The notes under the pieces: model-generated
What the model saw: only the letters and a program-made list of their open reading frames with translations
Databases searched by the model: none
What the model was told of the DNA's origin: nothing
In this document: positions 61,272 to 64,000 of the stretch, one piece after another
Numbering within the stretch: the first letter of the stretch is position 1
How the letters are laid out: the number at the start of each line of letters is the position of its first letter
Position numbers and translations under genes: made by a program
Assembly: GCA_963693365.1 (NCBI GenBank)
Contig: CAVNZM010000001.1
Location: 17,656,783 to 17,720,782 of the forward strand
DNA: 64,000 bases
DNA from: Amoebidium appalachense
Taxonomy: Eukaryota > Protista > Ichthyosporea
Direction of reading: 5' to 3'

Positions 61272-62634
61272 AAAAAAGGGGGGGGGGGTACACATGTGCA
61301 GGTGTTGTGCATGACTCAGAAAGACCACTCGGGGCGGGGGGGGGGGGGGGGGGGGGGGGAAGGCAACGAAATAAACACCCAAAAAGTTGTGCATAAGAAG
61401 CGTTCAAATAAAGAAAAAGGCAGAGCATGATTGGCTGGGCCCAGTATGCCATCATCAGCACTCACCTCCAATATTCTCTTTTTGTTCCCCGATACCCTGA
61501 AAATGCCCTTCGTGTCCAGTCCATGTTGGTTTAGGAAATTGATGCTGCGTGATGTTTGTCAGTCCCTCAAGCAATGACCTAACATGCGCACAAACAAAAT
61601 ATGAAGACATGTATGGGTGCCTTGTTGTTCTGCTAGACAATATACTACCCTAGTATTGATGACTGCAACCAACATGATCAAGGCAAGATCATGACATATG
61701 GATAGCCCGCGCCGTATACGCAGTTGCAACAGCGCAACCATCAGTCTGATCTAGACGTGCAAGAAAAAGAATATAAAACCAAAAGCACTTCACCATAGCA
61801 TCGTTTCAGGCGACTTACCATTGCTTTACAAGATCAGGCACCTTGTTGTTGGGGTCTGTGTAGAGTGCTGCGTCTTCTGCAGAAAAGCAAACCCGACGGG
61901 GTCAATGAAGGATCAAAGATTACTAACACCAGCTGGTTTGTGCAAGAGCTAGGAACTAGCCAACTCAACTCTGAGATTTTCAGTGTATGCATAGCTAAAC
62001 CCCACCGCATCCAGTGATTTCGATTGGGTTCTACTGATTCAAGGATAACAACCGTGGGTTTCAAATCATGGCCTGCGACGAAATCCAAGATTTTAGGAGA
62101 GTGTGTTCTTATCCCTCCATAATCCTCATTCACTTACCTAGTGGCATATTAATGATGCTTGGTAGAAGCATGCTTTTGTTGTCGATGCATGACATCGACT
62201 TGGCCCTCCTCCTCTGATGGGGTTGGGAAAGCGTAAGTGTGATAGGAAACTCCAAATGGCACAGTAAGAGAGTAAACAAAAAACGAAGCTTTACCGTCAA
62301 ACGTACCAACATATTAATAGGAGCACAAAACTGCTCTTTGGGTTGTGATCAGGCATATACTTTAAAAAAAAAATCAGAGAAGGGCAAAGTGTCGCAACTT
62401 ACCCTTTCCCAAGAAAATACATCGAGCAAGCATTGCACCACAGACTAGTTGCTTCCCAACATCACATCTCACCTTCCCCATGGGTGAGCCCAGCACTTTC
62501 TGTGTTGCTGTAGTACCCGTGTTGAGCGACCTGGCTCTTGAAGCCGCGTTTGACTCCTCATCGGCACCCTCCACTCTGCCTGGTGCCCCACTGAAAGACT
62601 TTGGTCTCCGCAGGAAATTACGAATGGAATCCAT
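57673..62634 (-). CDS. Rho GTPase-activating protein (RhoGAP domain), ~10 exons
   Basis: MDSIRNFL (ATG 62634)...IINMPL|[20 protein letters not shown]|[26 protein letters not shown] (Arg finger, ~61490)...[17 protein letters not shown]|PLIP...[15 protein letters not shown]...[11 protein letters not shown]|VG...[10 protein letters not shown]. The last exon (ending SKLSA* at 57673) is tentative; without it the stop is at 58020. Confidence 0.88.
59815..59973 (-). repeat. Dispersed ~160-bp repeat, copy 2 (RhoGAP intron)
   Basis: Reverse complement of 8159-8320; both copies share the same sharp CAGGTATGGGGGG end. Confidence 0.85.
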
Positions 62635-64000
62635 TTTCTTTCGAGTAGAATAAAAAGTAGGGGGTGATGGAGTGTGATTGCTAGATGTTATCCGTACAAA
62701 CTTTAGCTGAAGGGAAATTTCGCTACGGCTAAGACCTACTTCACGTTGTTGCGATAACAAACTTTGCTTCCAAACTGTTGTTTAAGCAACTCTTGAGGTA
62801 TTTGTTGGAAAGACAAGAGCCCAAAACCCTTGTTTTCTATTTCTGTTGACGGTTGAACTATACGGGCATGTTTACAGTATTACTTCAACCCAACGGGTTC
62901 AGTTAGCAGTGAAAAACTAAAAATGTGTTAAAAAAACTGTATAAAGCAATGTCACAAGCAAAAAACTCCCCGCATGCAAAACGTCACGAGGAACACCACA
63001 CGCAACACTGACCGAAGACAAACTGAAACGAAGAATAGTGCACAGAGTGACAGATTCATAGCAAAAAAAGCACACATTCACTCTGGCTGACTTAACACCA
63101 ATCAAACTGTCCCATATTGTGCCGCGCAATGTAATTGGCTGGAATCGCACCCATTTCTCTTGAAAACCCTGAGATCGTGGCATCGGAGTGGATGAATAGG
63201 TTGCGTTAGCTGATAATAATGGGCGATGAACATGCGTGTCCAACTTCAATGCTCAGTTGTTGGCTCCTACAACGTGAAAAAGTCAAAAGTGCCGTGTGTG
63301 TTGCATCAGCTGCGTAAATTTACAGATCATAAGAAAACAAACTGTATTCTCTTTATAAAAGATAACATTATTAATCTGAATTTAACAAGTGCCAGGTGCG
63401 AAAAATTTGTTTCTTTGAGGCCGCAGGCCTGTTGAAATTTCCGGGTGCAAACATGCCATGGGTGAGATCACTGACGTGACCGAAGAAGAGAAGACAACGA
63501 CTGGTGGGGTGTGCGTGTGGTTCTGTACGTGTGCGTCCACACGTGTATGCGTGTGCGTGTTGGGGGTATGGGATACTTGTAGCCTCTGCCAAAACAGCAC
63601 ACACTGCATTTTTGACACCAAGCAATCATACAAACACAGAACACGAAGTACTGCAATATTTTGTACGTGCTACTGGCCCGCCAGTGCATGCATTCCTCTC
63701 TGCAGCAGACCTCTATTTATTGTCCTTCATTCAATATCGAAATCCACTAAACGTTCATACCAGAGTAATGACATCATTCGTTCTAAAGTGCGTATATCCA
63801 TTGCTGGAGCTTGTGGTGATGCTACAGGCAAACCTCGTGTGCAACAAAATCACAAAGGGCTTATAAATCTTGAAGTGACCTGACTAACAAACCAAAGAGA
63901 TAGTGCGGTGTTCCTAGCATGATGGGCACATGAACAGAAACAATTCACTGTTTTTCACACCAGGACGAATACTATTGTGTTGTAGAGAACAACACCTGCA

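Noticed and set aside
63458-63883. Start of a further + strand gene (MGEITDVTEEEK...)
   Set aside because: Plausible first exon, but no in-frame continuation or motif could be established before the window ends.

Overview
Eukaryotic, intron-rich DNA. Introns are packed with poly-C/poly-G, (CA)n/(TG)n and (GA)n tracts, so nearly all short ORFs in the track are noise. The gene set is opisthokont-like; the organism cannot be fixed from sequence. (1) About 0.15-17.7 kb is a large imperfect inverted repeat (arms ~146-4435 and ~14160-17690) built from a spliced DNA-transposon gene. Its Mutator-like DDE transposase carries an intact WRN/EXD-type DEDDy 3'-5' exonuclease inserted inside the catalytic domain. 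The 5' 932 codons are open on the + strand. The exons with the third catalytic residue are deleted from the collinear arm and survive only in the inverted arm on the - strand. (2) A 16-exon nucleotidyltransferase-glucuronokinase fusion gene (gkup-like, 18771-30600 +). (3) A disrupted intronless C2H2 zinc-finger gene (-). (4) A ~22-exon SWIM zinc-finger gene with a ZSWIM4-8-like module (37734-55032 +); two of its splice junctions are amplified into minisatellites and one intron holds a TTAA piggyBac-type MITE. (5) A RhoGAP gene (57673-62634 -). All gene models were spliced by hand from GT/GC-AG sites, phase continuity and remembered family motifs; no database search was run.
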